DNA from: a plasmid
Direction: 5' to 3' (one strand)
Length of the DNA: 64,000 nucleotides
Sequence record: NZ_CP023526.1
Shown here piece by piece: positions 9,223-19,814 of this stretch. The position numbers were made by a program, and so were the translations under genes. Under the pieces are notes generated by a model. That model was not told the origin of the DNA and searched no databases. It worked only from the letters and a program-made list of their open reading frames with translations. The stretch's first letter is position 1, and each line of letters begins with the position of its first letter.

Positions 9223-11515
9223 CGCCCGGTACCTGGCCTTTGGTTGGCTGGCGTTGTGCGTGACGCTGCTCATGGTGCTCATACTGTTTCTGCCGCGTGC
9301 ACGTCTCAACAGCAGCGTTCTGGCGATGTTACCGGCACAAACGCTGGGAGCGATTCCGCCTGCTCTGAACGACGGTTTTATTCAGCGCCTCGACAACCAG
9401 CTGGTGTGGATGGTCAGTCCCGGTAAGAGACCCGATACGGCCGTGGCACAACGCTGGCAAACGCTGCTTACACAGTCCGGCGTGCTGCATAAGGTGAAAG
9501 GTGCGATGGATACCCGCAGCCAGCAGCGCTGGGGTGAGTTTTTCTTTATGCACCGTAACGGACTTGTCGACCCGGACACTCGCGCCCGGCTGCAACAGGG
9601 CGGCGAGGCTCAGGCGCAGTGGATTTTATCGCAGCTGTATTCGGCGTTTTCCGGCGTCAGTGGCAACGAACTGAAAAACGATCCACTGATGCTGGTGCGC
9701 GGTTCGCAGCTGGCGCTGGCGCAAAACGGACAGACGTTGCAGTTGATGGACGGCTGGCTGGTGGCACGGGACGGGGCCGGAAACTACTGGTATTTGCTGC
9801 ACGGCGAGCTGAACGGTTCATCGTTCGACATGCAGCAAACGCATGCGCGGGTCACCCAGTTGAACGCTCTGGAAGCTGAGCTGAAAGCGCAGTATCCGCA
9901 GGCGCAGCTGCTGTCGCGCGGAACCATGTTCTACAGTGACTTCGCCAGCCAGCAGGCGAAGCATGACGTTTCTACCCTCGGCCTGGCGACAGTGTTGGGC
10001 GTGATCCTGCTGATTGTGCTGGTGTTCCGCTCACTACGTCCGCTTATGCTGAGCCTGATTTCTCTCAGCATCGGTGCACTGGCTGGCACGGTGGTCACCC
10101 TGCTGCTGTTCGGCGAACTGCATCTGATGACGCTGGTAATGAGCATGAGTATCATCGGCATTTCTGCCGACTACACGCTCTACTACCTGACCGAACGCAT
10201 GATTCACGGTGCAACCTCAACGCCGTGGCAAAGCCTGGCCAAAGTACGTCACGCGCTGCTGCTGGCGTTGCTGACGACTGTGGCAGCATATCTGATCATG
10301 ATGCTCGCGCCATTCCCGGGCATTCGTCAGATGGCCGTGTTTGCCGCCGTGGGTTTAAGCGCCTCCTGTCTGACCGTGGTGTTCTGGCATCCGTGGTTGT
10401 GTCGTGGCCTGCCGGTTCGCCCGGTGCCGATGATGCACCTGATGCTGCGCTGGCTGGCGGCCTGGCGTCACGATAAAAAGTTGTCAGTTGGTTTACCGGT
10501 GACGCTGGCGCTTTTCTCGCTGGCCGGGTTGGTGACGCTGCATGTAGATGACGATATTTCTCAGCTACAGGCACTCCCGCAGCATCTACTGGCACAGGAA
10601 AAGCACATCACCGCGCTCACCGGGCAGAGCGTCGATCAGAAATGGTTTGTGGTATACGGTGCCGACGCACAGCAAACGCTGGAGCGGCTGGAAGCCTTTA
10701 CGCCGGCGCTGGATAAGGCTCGCGCACAAGGCATCTTCAGCAGCTATCACACGCTGCCGCTAAATTCGCTGAAACGCCAGCAGCAGGATTTACAGCTGCT
10801 GAAACAGGCCACACCTGCAATTACGAAAGCATTCGCTGGTGCCGGATTATCAGCGATTTCACCTGATGTTAACCCAATGCCCGTGACCGTCGACGCCTGG
10901 CTGCAAAGCCCGGCAAGCGAAGGCTGGCGTCTGCTGTGGCTGACGTTATCTGACGGCAAAAGCGGCGTACTGATCCCTGTCGACGGTGTGAAAAACAGTG
11001 CCATGTTGAAAACTCTCGCTGAACGGGTCAAAGGGGTGGCATGGTTCGATCGCAAAGCGTCGTTTGATGCATTGTTCTCGCTGTATCGCATCATTCTGAC
11101 CACCCTGCTCGTCATGGCGCTGGGCGTTATCGCTGCGAGCGCAATGGTGCGCCTGGGTTGGCGCAAAGGACTCATTAGCCTGGTACCGTCAACCTTGTCG
11201 CTCGGCTGCAGTCTGGCCGTACTGGCATTCAGCGGACATACGGTAAACCTGTTTTCCCTGCTGGCACTGGTCATGGTGTTAGGCATTGGCATCAACTACA
11301 CCCTGTTTTTCAGCAACCCTCGCGGTACGCCGATGACCTCGCTGCTGGCGATTGGGCTGGCGATGATAACCACGTTGCTGACCCTGGGGATGCTGGTCTT
11401 CAGCACCACCCCGGCGATAAGCAGTTTTGGCATCGTGCTGGTCAGCGGGATTTTCACCGCCTTCTTGCTGTCCCCGCTGGCAATGCCGGCCAAACAAGAG
11501 CAAAGCAAACAATGA
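9191..11515 (+). CDS. apeM: MMPL/RND-superfamily exporter
   Basis: 774 aa, two clusters of ~6 TM helices separated by periplasmic domains, typical MMPL topology. Start uncertain: 9191 overlaps the apeL end. Confidence 0.75.
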   Translation: MTNISALSPTNARYLAFGWLALCVTLLMVLILFLPRARLNSSVLAMLPAQTLGAIPPALNDGFIQRLDNQLVWMVSPGKRPDTAVAQRWQTLLTQSGVLHKVKGAMDTRSQQRWGEFFFMHRNGLVDPDTRARLQQGGEAQAQWILSQLYSAFSGVSGNELKNDPLMLVRGSQLALAQNGQTLQLMDGWLVARDGAGNYWYLLHGELNGSSFDMQQTHARVTQLNALEAELKAQYPQAQLLSRGTMFYSDFASQQAKHDVSTLGLATVLGVILLIVLVFRSLRPLMLSLISLSIGALAGTVVTLLLFGELHLMTLVMSMSIIGISADYTLYYLTERMIHGATSTPWQSLAKVRHALLLALLTTVAAYLIMMLAPFPGIRQMAVFAAVGLSASCLTVVFWHPWLCRGLPVRPVPMMHLMLRWLAAWRHDKKLSVGLPVTLALFSLAGLVTLHVDDDISQLQALPQHLLAQEKHITALTGQSVDQKWFVVYGADAQQTLERLEAFTPALDKARAQGIFSSYHTLPLNSLKRQQQDLQLLKQATPAITKAFAGAGLSAISPDVNPMPVTVDAWLQSPASEGWRLLWLTLSDGKSGVLIPVDGVKNSAMLKTLAERVKGVAWFDRKASFDALFSLYRIILTTLLVMALGVIAASAMVRLGWRKGLISLVPSTLSLGCSLAVLAFSGHTVNLFSLLALVMVLGIGINYTLFFSNPRGTPMTSLLAIGLAMITTLLTLGMLVFSTTPAISSFGIVLVSGIFTAFLLSPLAMPAKQEQSKQ

Positions 11516-11630
11516 TAGTACTTGCCGATACCGCATGCCCGGCGGCGCATCGCCTGTGCGGGTCTGCTAACCATGATGGTTTGCGCAGGCCGGATAAGCG
11601 CCGTTTCACCCAGCAGATATTGAGGTTTTA

Positions 11631-12203
11631 ATGATAAAACGCCTGTTCTGGCTCACCACCGCGCTGCTTCTGGCGGGCTGCAGCCACTCCACGGGGCGTG
11701 ACAACACCCGTCCACAGGCCTGGCTGCAACCAGGCACTCAGGTGACACTGCCTCCGCCGGGTATTACCCCTGAGATCAGTGCGCAGCAGTTACTGACCGG
11801 CAGCGTGAACGGTAAAACTCAGTCTCTGCTGATGATGCTCAACGCCGACAATAAAGCGCTGACTCTCGCGGGGCTCTCCTCCGTAGGCATTCGTCTCTTC
11901 CTTGTCACCTACGATGAAAAAGGCATGCATACTGAGCAATCCATCGTGATGCCGCAACTGCCCCCCGCAAACCAGGTCCTGGCAGACGTGATGCTGAGTC
12001 ACTGGCCAGTCAGCGCCTGGCTACCGTATCTGCCAAAAGGCTGGACGCTCACCGACACTGGCGATAAACGCGAACTACGCAATGCCAGCAGCAAGCTGGT
12101 AGAGGAGATAACCTACCTGCAACGCAAAGGCAAACGCGTGCCCATCAGCATTGAGCAGCACGTGTTTAACTACCGCATCGCTATTCAATCGCTGGGTGAC
12201 TGA
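11631..12203 (+). CDS. apeN: DUF3261-like lipoprotein of APE cluster
   Basis: Lipobox LLLAGCSHS; TGAGG RBS. Confidence 0.65.
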   Translation: MIKRLFWLTTALLLAGCSHSTGRDNTRPQAWLQPGTQVTLPPPGITPEISAQQLLTGSVNGKTQSLLMMLNADNKALTLAGLSSVGIRLFLVTYDEKGMHTEQSIVMPQLPPANQVLADVMLSHWPVSAWLPYLPKGWTLTDTGDKRELRNASSKLVEEITYLQRKGKRVPISIEQHVFNYRIAIQSLGD

Positions 12204-12204
12204 G

Positions 12205-13371
12205 ATGATTTATATTGCCGCCGCCGGAATGGTTAACGCACTGGGCAGCACACTGGACGAGATTGCCGACAACCTGAGCACTGGCGTAGCGCCAGGCATG
12301 CGCCCACGTGAGGGTTGGTTACAGGGGGAAGTCGCGGTGCTTGGCGGCGTGGAAGGTAAACTACCGTTCATTCCTGACGAATTTGTCAATCACCGTTCCC
12401 GCAATAACCAGCTGCTGCTGGCGGCCCTGGACCAGATCCAACCGCAGGTCACGGAGGCTATCGCACGCTTTGGTCGTGGTCGTGTGGCGGTCATTATGGG
12501 CACCAGTACCTCCGGACTTGACGAAGGCGACATTCACGTCAGTCGCAGGCTGCGCGGCGAAGCCAGCCATCACTGGCGTTACACGCAGCAGGAACTGGGC
12601 GATCCGTCGCGCTTTCTGCGTAACTGGCTGAAGCTCGACGGCCCGGCCTATACGCTTTCTACCGCCTGCTCTTCCAGTGCACGTGCAATGATCAGCGGCC
12701 GCCGTCTGATTGAGGCAGATCTGGTCGACGTGGCGATTGTCGGCGGGGCCGATACATTGAGCCGGATGCCTGTCAACGGTTTCAACAGCTTAGAGTCACT
12801 GTCCACCACGCGTTGCCAGCCATTTGGCCGTGACCGCTGCGGCATTACTGTCGGTGAAGGCGCAGCACTGATGTTGCTGACCCGCGAACCGCAGTCGATA
12901 GCGCTGCTGGGCGTGGGTGAATCCAGCGACGCGCATCATATTTCTGCCCCACACCCTGAAGGCGAAGGGGCTGTTCGCGCCATTCGACAGGCGCTTGCCG
13001 ATGCCGGGCTTCATCCCCACGAAATTGGCTATATCAATCTGCATGGCACCGCCACATCGCTGAATGATCGGGTAGAAGCAAGAGTGATTCACGACCTGTT
13101 CGGCAGCAGCGTACCGTGCAGCTCCACCAAGCACCTGACGGGCCACACACTGGGCGCGGCGGGGATCACTGAAGCGGCCATCAGCATGCTGATCCTTGAG
13201 AGGAGACTGCCGCTACCCGTACAGGACTTCAGCCAGTCACCGTTTGATCCGGCACTGCCGGAGAACGGTATTGTGCGTCAGTCGCAGCCGCTCGCACGTC
13301 CAACGATTTTATCCAACTCCTTCGCCTTTGGCGGGAATAACGTCAGCATTCTGCTGGGGAGAATGGCATGA
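12205..13371 (+). CDS. apeO: beta-ketoacyl-ACP synthase (elongating KS)
   Basis: Thiolase-fold KS: active-site Cys context TLSTACSSS, HGTAT and KHLTGHTLGAAG His motifs. Confidence 0.85.
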   Translation: MIYIAAAGMVNALGSTLDEIADNLSTGVAPGMRPREGWLQGEVAVLGGVEGKLPFIPDEFVNHRSRNNQLLLAALDQIQPQVTEAIARFGRGRVAVIMGTSTSGLDEGDIHVSRRLRGEASHHWRYTQQELGDPSRFLRNWLKLDGPAYTLSTACSSSARAMISGRRLIEADLVDVAIVGGADTLSRMPVNGFNSLESLSTTRCQPFGRDRCGITVGEGAALMLLTREPQSIALLGVGESSDAHHISAPHPEGEGAVRAIRQALADAGLHPHEIGYINLHGTATSLNDRVEARVIHDLFGSSVPCSSTKHLTGHTLGAAGITEAAISMLILERRLPLPVQDFSQSPFDPALPENGIVRQSQPLARPTILSNSFAFGGNNVSILLGRMA

Positions 13372-13844
13372 GCCACTATTTAACACCAGACGCATATCTG
13401 CCTCACCACGCCCCAATGCTGCTCCTGGAAACGACAGAAAACGTGACAAACGAACAGGCCGTTTGCCGGGTGACCGTCAATCGCAACGGCGTACTGGCCC
13501 CGTTCATTGATGCCAACGGCTGTCTTCCGGGTTGGTACGCGCTGGAGTTGATGGCGCAGACCGTCGGTGTATGGTCCGGCTGGAATCGCCATCAGCGCGG
13601 TGAAGCGCCGATATCACTTGGCATGGTACTCGGCGCGCGCGAGCTGAAATGTGCTGCGGGAGAATTTCAGGCCGACAGTACGCTTGAGATAACCGTTTCG
13701 CTGCTGATGCAGGATGAGCGTTTTGGCAGCTTTGAGTGCGAAATTACCCACAAGGGTGAAACACTCGCGAGCGGACGGGTCAGTACCTTCCAGCCCGGAC
13801 CACAGGAACTCACTACGCTTTTTCAACAGGGATCGCCATCATGA
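13368..13844 (+). CDS. apeP: FabA/FabZ-like 3-hydroxyacyl-ACP dehydratase
   Basis: 158-aa hot-dog protein; ATGA overlap with the apeO stop. Confidence 0.75.
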   Translation: MSHYLTPDAYLPHHAPMLLLETTENVTNEQAVCRVTVNRNGVLAPFIDANGCLPGWYALELMAQTVGVWSGWNRHQRGEAPISLGMVLGARELKCAAGEFQADSTLEITVSLLMQDERFGSFECEITHKGETLASGRVSTFQPGPQELTTLFQQGSPS

Positions 13845-14572
13845 GTCGTTCAGTACTGGTCACAGGTGCCAGCAAAGGTATCGGGCGCGCCATTGCGCTT
13901 AAACTGGCCGCAGACGGATTCAGCATCGGCGTACACTTTCACAGCGACGAGCGGGGCGCGGGCGATACGCTTTCGGCCATTGAACGCGCAGGCGGCACGG
14001 GGCGTCTGTTGCAATTTGATGTCGGCCATCGCGAGCAGTGCCGCGAGGTGCTGGAGGCCGATATTGAACGGCACGGCGCGTGGTACGGTGTGGTCAGCAA
14101 CGCAGGCATTACGTGCGATGGTGCATTTCCCACACTCAGTGAAGACAACTGGGACAGTGTTATCCGCACCAATCTCGACAGCTTTTACAACGTCATTCAT
14201 CCCAGCGTAATGCCGATGATCTCAACCCGCAAAGGCGGCCGTATCATCACGCTGTCCTCGGTCTCCGGACTGATGGGCAATCGCGGGCAGGTCAACTACA
14301 GCGCAGCAAAGGCGGGGATTATCGGCGCGACAAAAGCGCTGGCGATTGAACTGGCAAAACGCAAAATCACCGTCAACTGCATCGCGCCGGGACTTATCGA
14401 TACCGGGATGATCGCTATGGAAGAAAGGGCGCTGAAAGAAGCAATGAGCGTTATTCCAATGAAACGTATGGGTCATGTCGAAGAAGTGGCCGGGCTCGCC
14501 AGCTACCTGATGTCAGATATTGCAGGCTATGTCACCCGGCAAGTGATTTCTGTTAATGGAGGCATGTTGTGA
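13841..14572 (+). CDS. apeQ: 3-oxoacyl-ACP reductase (FabG-like SDR)
   Basis: TGASKGIGRAIA Rossmann motif, NAG, YSAAK catalytic motif. Confidence 0.9.
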   Translation: MSRSVLVTGASKGIGRAIALKLAADGFSIGVHFHSDERGAGDTLSAIERAGGTGRLLQFDVGHREQCREVLEADIERHGAWYGVVSNAGITCDGAFPTLSEDNWDSVIRTNLDSFYNVIHPSVMPMISTRKGGRIITLSSVSGLMGNRGQVNYSAAKAGIIGATKALAIELAKRKITVNCIAPGLIDTGMIAMEERALKEAMSVIPMKRMGHVEEVAGLASYLMSDIAGYVTRQVISVNGGML

Positions 14573-15798
14573 TCCGTCGCGTTGTGATCACCGGCATGGG
14601 CGGTGTGACCGCCTTTGGCGAAAACTGGGCAGCGGTATCTGAAGGCCTGCGAGGCTATCAGAATGCGGTGCGAAAAATGCCGGAGTGGCAAATCTATGAG
14701 GGTCTACACACACTACTTGGTGCCCCGATTGATGGTTTCACCCTGCCCGCACATTACACACGCAAACGCACGCGTGCGATGGGCCGCGTGTCACTGATGT
14801 CCACCCGCGCCAGCGAACTGGCGCTCGAGCAGGCCGGGCTGATTGATAACCCGGTTCTGACCAACGGCGCAACCGGAATTGCCTACGGCTCTTCGACCGG
14901 AAGCACCGGGCCGGTGAGCGAATTTGCCACCATGCTGACCGAAAAGCACACCAGCAACATCACCGGTACCACTTATGTGCAGATGATGCCGCACACCACG
15001 GCGGTGAACACCGGGCTGTTCTTCGGCCTGCGCGGGCGCGTTATTCCGACATCCAGCGCCTGCACCTCCGGCAGTCAGGCGATTGGCTATGCGTATGAGG
15101 CCATTCGCAACGGTTATCAGACCGTGATGGTGGCAGGCGGCGCGGAAGAACTGTGTCCTTCCGAAGCGGCGGTGTTTGACACACTGTTTGCCACCAGTCA
15201 GCGAAACGACGAGCCTGCCACCACGCCATCCCCGTTCGATGCCAGCCGTGACGGGCTGGTGATCGGAGAAGGCGCAGGCACGCTGGTGCTGGAAGAACTG
15301 ACGCACGCTCAGGCGCGCGGGGCGAAAATCTACGGTGAGATTGTTGGCTTTGCCACTAATTGCGATGCCGCCCACATCACACAGCCACAGCGTGAAACCA
15401 TGCAGGTTTGCATGGAGCAGTCGTTGCGTCAGGCGGGGCTGGCACCGTCCGATATTGGTTATATTTCCGCACACGGCACGGCCACCGACCGGGGTGATAT
15501 TGCCGAAAGTCAGGCGAGTGCCGTGGTGTTTGGCAACCGGACGCCGGTTTCCTCACTGAAGAGTTATTTCGGGCATACTCTTGGTGCCTGTGGCGCGCTG
15601 GAAGCCTGGATGAGTCTGCAAATGATGCGCGAGGGCTGGTTTGCACCAACCTTAAACTTGCGACACCCTGATGAACGGTGTGGCGACCTCGACTACATTA
15701 TGGGAGCATCCCGGGCCATCGACTGTGAGTTTTTGCAGAGCAACAACTTTGCCTTCGGCGGGATCAACACCTCGCTGGTCATTAAACGCTGGGCGTAG
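14569..15798 (+). CDS. apeR: beta-ketoacyl-ACP synthase (FabB/FabF-like)
   Basis: GTG start after GGAGG; active-site Cys (PTSSACTSG), AHGTAT and GHTLGACG motifs. Confidence 0.85.
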   Translation: MIRRVVITGMGGVTAFGENWAAVSEGLRGYQNAVRKMPEWQIYEGLHTLLGAPIDGFTLPAHYTRKRTRAMGRVSLMSTRASELALEQAGLIDNPVLTNGATGIAYGSSTGSTGPVSEFATMLTEKHTSNITGTTYVQMMPHTTAVNTGLFFGLRGRVIPTSSACTSGSQAIGYAYEAIRNGYQTVMVAGGAEELCPSEAAVFDTLFATSQRNDEPATTPSPFDASRDGLVIGEGAGTLVLEELTHAQARGAKIYGEIVGFATNCDAAHITQPQRETMQVCMEQSLRQAGLAPSDIGYISAHGTATDRGDIAESQASAVVFGNRTPVSSLKSYFGHTLGACGALEAWMSLQMMREGWFAPTLNLRHPDERCGDLDYIMGASRAIDCEFLQSNNFAFGGINTSLVIKRWA

Positions 15799-15800
15799 CG

Positions 15801-16379
15801 ATGTACAGACTGTTCCTCGGGAAGATTTCCACGCTTTGTCAGAAGAGCCTGCCGCCCGTTCTGGCGGACCAGGCACCAGGCGGCAAGTGTCGCAACGCCT
15901 GGCTTGCCGGACGGGCTCTGCTGTGTCACGCCATTTCTCCGCTGCCGGAGATCGGCTACGGCGAGCAGGGCAAACCCGGGTTCGACGACAGCCATGCGCT
16001 GTGGTTCAACTTAAGCCATAGCGGTGACGACATTGCCTTACTGATTAGCGACGAAGGTCCGGTGGGCTGTGATATCGAAGCCATTCGCCCGCGCCCGCTG
16101 TGGCGACAGATTGCCAGGGCAACCTTCACCCTCAGTGAGCACACGGTGATTGCGCTGGAGCCCGAGGCGCATCGTCTGGAAACGTTCTGGCGGATCTGGA
16201 CGCGCAAGGAGGCAATGGTTAAGCAACGCGGCGGCAGTGCGTGGCAGATAATCCGCTTCGACAGTACGTCGCCGCGGCATCTGTACCTGAGTGATTTCCT
16301 GCATGAAGGGTTAAGTCTGGCGGTGTGTACACCGACAGCGTTTCAGGTCAGTCCGCAGGATGTTGAAAGGGTAAGCTGA
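15801..16379 (+). CDS. acpT: 4'-phosphopantetheinyl transferase AcpT (holo-carrier-protein synthase for the cluster ACPs)
   Basis: FNLSHSGD and WTRKEAMVKQRGG PPTase motifs; near-colinear similarity to E. coli AcpT as I recall it (MYR..LGK.STL...RWLAGRALL...EIIYGEQGKP...FWRIWTRKEA). Confidence 0.85.
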   Translation: MYRLFLGKISTLCQKSLPPVLADQAPGGKCRNAWLAGRALLCHAISPLPEIGYGEQGKPGFDDSHALWFNLSHSGDDIALLISDEGPVGCDIEAIRPRPLWRQIARATFTLSEHTVIALEPEAHRLETFWRIWTRKEAMVKQRGGSAWQIIRFDSTSPRHLYLSDFLHEGLSLAVCTPTAFQVSPQDVERVS

Positions 16380-16493
16380 AACGCGGCCTTTTGGCCTTTC
16401 TTCTTTCCCCCGACGTCCCCTCAACTCTCTCCCTCCGGCCTGGGCGTTCCCCGGCAATATGAAAAGCGCGATGACGTGTGATCTACAGGCTAC

Positions 16494-17240
16494 GGAGAAC
16501 TCACATAGCAGCGTGCTTCCGGTAAGCTCGTATGTTCATACTCATTTCAGGCGGTCACATCGGTGTCAGCGCCCACTGACGCACGGAGGCTTAGTGATGC
16601 AAAAATCACGGCACTCTTCATGTCGCCACTGAGTGGCAAGCCCATACCCTGCCGCGCTTCACTGAATGCTGAGGAGGCAAAATAATTCCCCGCACCCTAC
16701 AGCGTCCGTCCCCGGCCGGGCACAGCCATCCCGGAAAGCCATCGATCATCATCAACCTGCACATTCACCGGCAGTCCGGCGTCATAGCAGGCCTGGTACC
16801 ACTCCCCTACCTGACAGGCATTCCCGCTCAGCCATGCCTGTCCGCTGTTTTCACTGAACAGCGCCAGACTGACAGTGCCGTCTGTCCGGATAACAAACGC
16901 GGCCCGGCTGGCGGCATAAGGCCGGCCCCTGATGTCCACTTCAATGTCTCGCATCCCTTTCCGCTCGGGACGAAAGGGCAATATCCGGCTGCCTGCCTTT
17001 CGCTGCAGGTCGCGCTCTGCCGCCGTCAGCGACGTCGCCAGGGCACGCCCGTCCCCGGTTAGCGCAATGAATACCCGTCGGCTGGAATTTCTCTGCGTGC
17101 GGATTAATCCGGCGGACTCCAACAGTTCACAGGAATAATAAATGCTACTATTTCTGAGTGACTTCTGAATATATCTTATCGGGGAAAGTCCCGAAAAATG
17201 ACGTTCGACTGACAGAATAAAAATAAGAACTTTCTTTTGG
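16494..17240. repeat. repeat R copy 1 (~750 bp, near-identical to 23829-24582)
   Basis: Direct read-off: cggagaactcacatagcag...cttttggagatt is shared with 23829-24582. The repeat includes most of the 190/194-aa ORF and ends inside its N-terminal codons. Confidence 0.85.
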
Positions 17241-17281
17241 AGATTAGATAATTCTCGCTGTCTTGACATACCCGTACCCAT
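16697..17281 (-). CDS. hypothetical protein, R family (N-terminal winged-helix-like region; function unknown)
   Basis: 194-aa ORF; paralogues at 24034-24606 (near-identical except N-terminus) and 41683-42336 (about 55% identity as read by eye). Confidence 0.6.
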   Translation of the reverse strand: MGTGMSRQRELSNLQKKVLIFILSVERHFSGLSPIRYIQKSLRNSSIYYSCELLESAGLIRTQRNSSRRVFIALTGDGRALATSLTAAERDLQRKAGSRILPFRPERKGMRDIEVDIRGRPYAASRAAFVIRTDGTVSLALFSENSGQAWLSGNACQVGEWYQACYDAGLPVNVQVDDDRWLSGMAVPGRGRTL

Positions 17282-17608
17282 CCTCCTGATGGTTGGTTTT
17301 ATATCACCTGCCTACTAATCCTGGAGTTTCTACAGGCAAGATATATTGGCATTATCCAGAATATCAGGCTTATGTATGCTGTATCTGAGGAGTAAAGCGC
17401 TTAGCTTAAATCGCTCAAATCGACCAAGTAATACACCGTCAACTTACCATTATCAACATTATTTTAATCACATGGTGATTTTATTGATGATAAGTAAATT
17501 ATTTAACGAATCTCTGAACACATCAATCGTGAACTGCGGTACAAGCCGGGTTGCATTGGGTATATACTGGTCAGCGTTGAGTAATTATCATGATCAGAAG
17601 GAACGACA

Positions 17609-18304
17609 ATGAACAAAGCCGTAGTAGTTTTTAGTGGGGGCCAGGACTCGACAACTTGCCTGGCTTATGCGTTACGTAAATACGAAGAGGTTCATTGTAT
17701 AACGTTCGATTACGGACAACGCCACTCCGAAGAAATCAACATAGCGAAAAAATTAGCAAAAAAATTTAATGTTTCTCATAAAGTTTTAAATACCAATATA
17801 CTTAATGATTTATCAGCAAGCAGTTTGACACGACCCAACATACCGGTGCAAAAACATGAAAGTAGTCAGGATAACACATTGCCAAACACGTTTGTCCCCG
17901 GAAGAAATATCCTATTCCTGACTCTCGCATCCATCTATGCTTATCAAATATCCGCTAAAACAGTTATTACAGGTGTAAGCGAAACAGATTTTTCTGGCTA
18001 TCCTGATTGTCAGGGAGAATTTATTAAAGCGTTAGACAAAGCCATTTCTCTAGGATTGGACAATAATATAAAAATTGAAACACCACTCCTTAATCTCACC
18101 AAAGCCGAGACTTGGGCGATGGCTGATTACTATGGCATTCTCGAAATCATAAAAAATGAGACGCTGACCTGCTACAATGGCATTAAATATGATGGGTGTG
18201 GTAATTGTCCGTCATGTTTTCTTCGTAACAGAGGATTTGATCAATATAATAAAAATCAGTTGAAAGTCATGAAGTCATTCAAAGAAAAATCCTCTTTTCT
18301 TTAA
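17609..18304 (+). CDS. queC: 7-cyano-7-deazaguanine (preQ0) synthase QueC paralogue
   Basis: [15 protein letters not shown]-loop; [18 protein letters not shown]; C-terminal Zn site [19 protein letters not shown]. High full-length similarity to housekeeping QueC, but located in an AT-rich islet; AGGAA RBS. Confidence 0.85.
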   Translation: MNKAVVVFSGGQDSTTCLAYALRKYEEVHCITFDYGQRHSEEINIAKKLAKKFNVSHKVLNTNILNDLSASSLTRPNIPVQKHESSQDNTLPNTFVPGRNILFLTLASIYAYQISAKTVITGVSETDFSGYPDCQGEFIKALDKAISLGLDNNIKIETPLLNLTKAETWAMADYYGILEIIKNETLTCYNGIKYDGCGNCPSCFLRNRGFDQYNKNQLKVMKSFKEKSSFL

Positions 18305-18315
18305 AAAATAAATTT

Positions 18316-18346
18316 ATGATGGGGCTATTTATTTCCACCCCATCAT
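18316..18346. terminator. bidirectional hairpin between convergent queC and the yhhQ-like gene
   Basis: tgatgggg-ctatttatttcca-ccccatca inverted repeat flanked by A/T runs. Confidence 0.45.
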
Positions 18347-18353
18347 ATAGATA

Positions 18354-19222
18354 TTATTTTCCTCTCTCATCTTTCACAAGAAAGCGATTAAAATAAAATC
18401 TCGTCAAATAAGCCGGGAAAACATTAAAACAAGCAAAAAAAGACTTAATAACAATCTGAATGATAGCCATTTTCATAATCACATGCAGGCTTAATTTTCC
18501 ATAGAATGCAACCAAACAAAACACAAAACTATCAATCACCGCCGCTGTCATAGTGCTAAAAAAACCCTTAAAAACAGAAACCTGGAGTTGGTAATGTTTT
18601 TTATCTTGCATAAAACATAGGAGTTAGCATTCTCTGACAAAAAGAATGATAACGATGATGCAAATACAGTGGAAATTATTTGATTTATTAACAAGCTGTA
18701 TGAAGCATTCAGCTTCCAGTCAGGGATGGATGGAAGTTTCGTCGACACACTTAATAACAAAACAATAATCAAATTAGCTGACAGAGACAAGTAAATAGCT
18801 TTTCTTGCCAGGTGCATCCCATAAAACTCACTCAGAAGATCTATAACAAGAAATGAGAACGGATAGATGAATGTGCCAGGGGTAACAACTAAATTAAATA
18901 GTTGCACAAAAACTGGTTTCGTGGCTGCTATATTACTGAAGACGTAAAAAACACTTAATAATAAAATCAAAACAGCATAAATAAACCAAGACTTTTCATT
19001 TCGATCTTCGTACTCATATACAGTTCGTGCATCTGTGCATGATGAGTAAATTTTTCGATAGATTGATTTTATTTCATATATATTTAAATTATCAATAATT
19101 TCACATTTTTCAAGTTCTTTTATATTAATCTTTATGATCTTACTGGTTGATAAGATCAAGATATTTGCAGAGTTATCGGCTTTATTAAATCCGAGAAGCT
19201 TATATTTACTCCCCATAGTCAA
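18354..19222 (-). pseudogene. YhhQ/Vut-family queuosine-precursor (preQ0/preQ1) transporter, split by a frameshift
   Basis: Two overlapping ORFs (18548-19222 and 18354-18611) together align colinearly to my recollection of YhhQ (PFSFLVIDLLSEFYG...; ...TMTAAVIDSFVFCLVAF...). The frame switch is near an A7 run at 18557-18563, so either a genuine frameshift or a homopolymer sequencing error. Confidence 0.6.
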
Positions 19223-19814
19223 ATCGCTCCTCTATTATATCACCAACAAAAACACTCCCATTACCTTCTAAAAAAGAAGCAGATCCGATGTAAAATTCAT
19301 TTTTTATACCATGATAATTAAGCTCATTCTCACTTTCATCTTTTCTTCCTCTCTTAACGAGCAACAAATCTCCCGCATTATATTTCCCTTCAATATCCTT
19401 TTCTAAAACAATCCCTATAACATTAGATTCACAGCCAAAATAAAAAGTTAGTTTTCTCTCAGAAACGAGCATGCCTATTTTTTTATTCAAGAAATCCAGT
19501 GAACTACATTCTGATTGGAAAAACACAGGTACCGCACAAGGGTTCATATTTCCATCTAGAGAAATCACTGTGTCAATACGTTCTTTTTCTTCAATATCCA
19601 AACTTTCTATTTCTTTGTAGGACACACCAAAAAAATCTGATACTTTCTGTATAGTTGACTGATGAACATTTGATACCCTACCGTCAAGTATATTATAAAT
19701 TGTTGTTCTGTTGAGACCGGTGCGATCGCATAAAGAAACCCGGGTTTCCCCTCTTGAACTTAATAGATAGTGTAAATTTTTCTTAACAAATTCTATTTTT
19801 TGTTTTTTATGCAC
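19206..19814 (-). CDS. XRE-family HTH regulator with C-terminal LexA/cI (S24)-like domain
   Basis: HTH_XRE (TGLNRTTIYNILDGR...) followed by a ~110-aa domain containing GDLLLVKRG, reminiscent of the S24 GDLVxV motif. Overlaps the start of the yhhQ-like gene (operon). Confidence 0.55.
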   Translation of the reverse strand: MHKKQKIEFVKKNLHYLLSSRGETRVSLCDRTGLNRTTIYNILDGRVSNVHQSTIQKVSDFFGVSYKEIESLDIEEKERIDTVISLDGNMNPCAVPVFFQSECSSLDFLNKKIGMLVSERKLTFYFGCESNVIGIVLEKDIEGKYNAGDLLLVKRGRKDESENELNYHGIKNEFYIGSASFLEGNGSVFVGDIIEERFDYGE

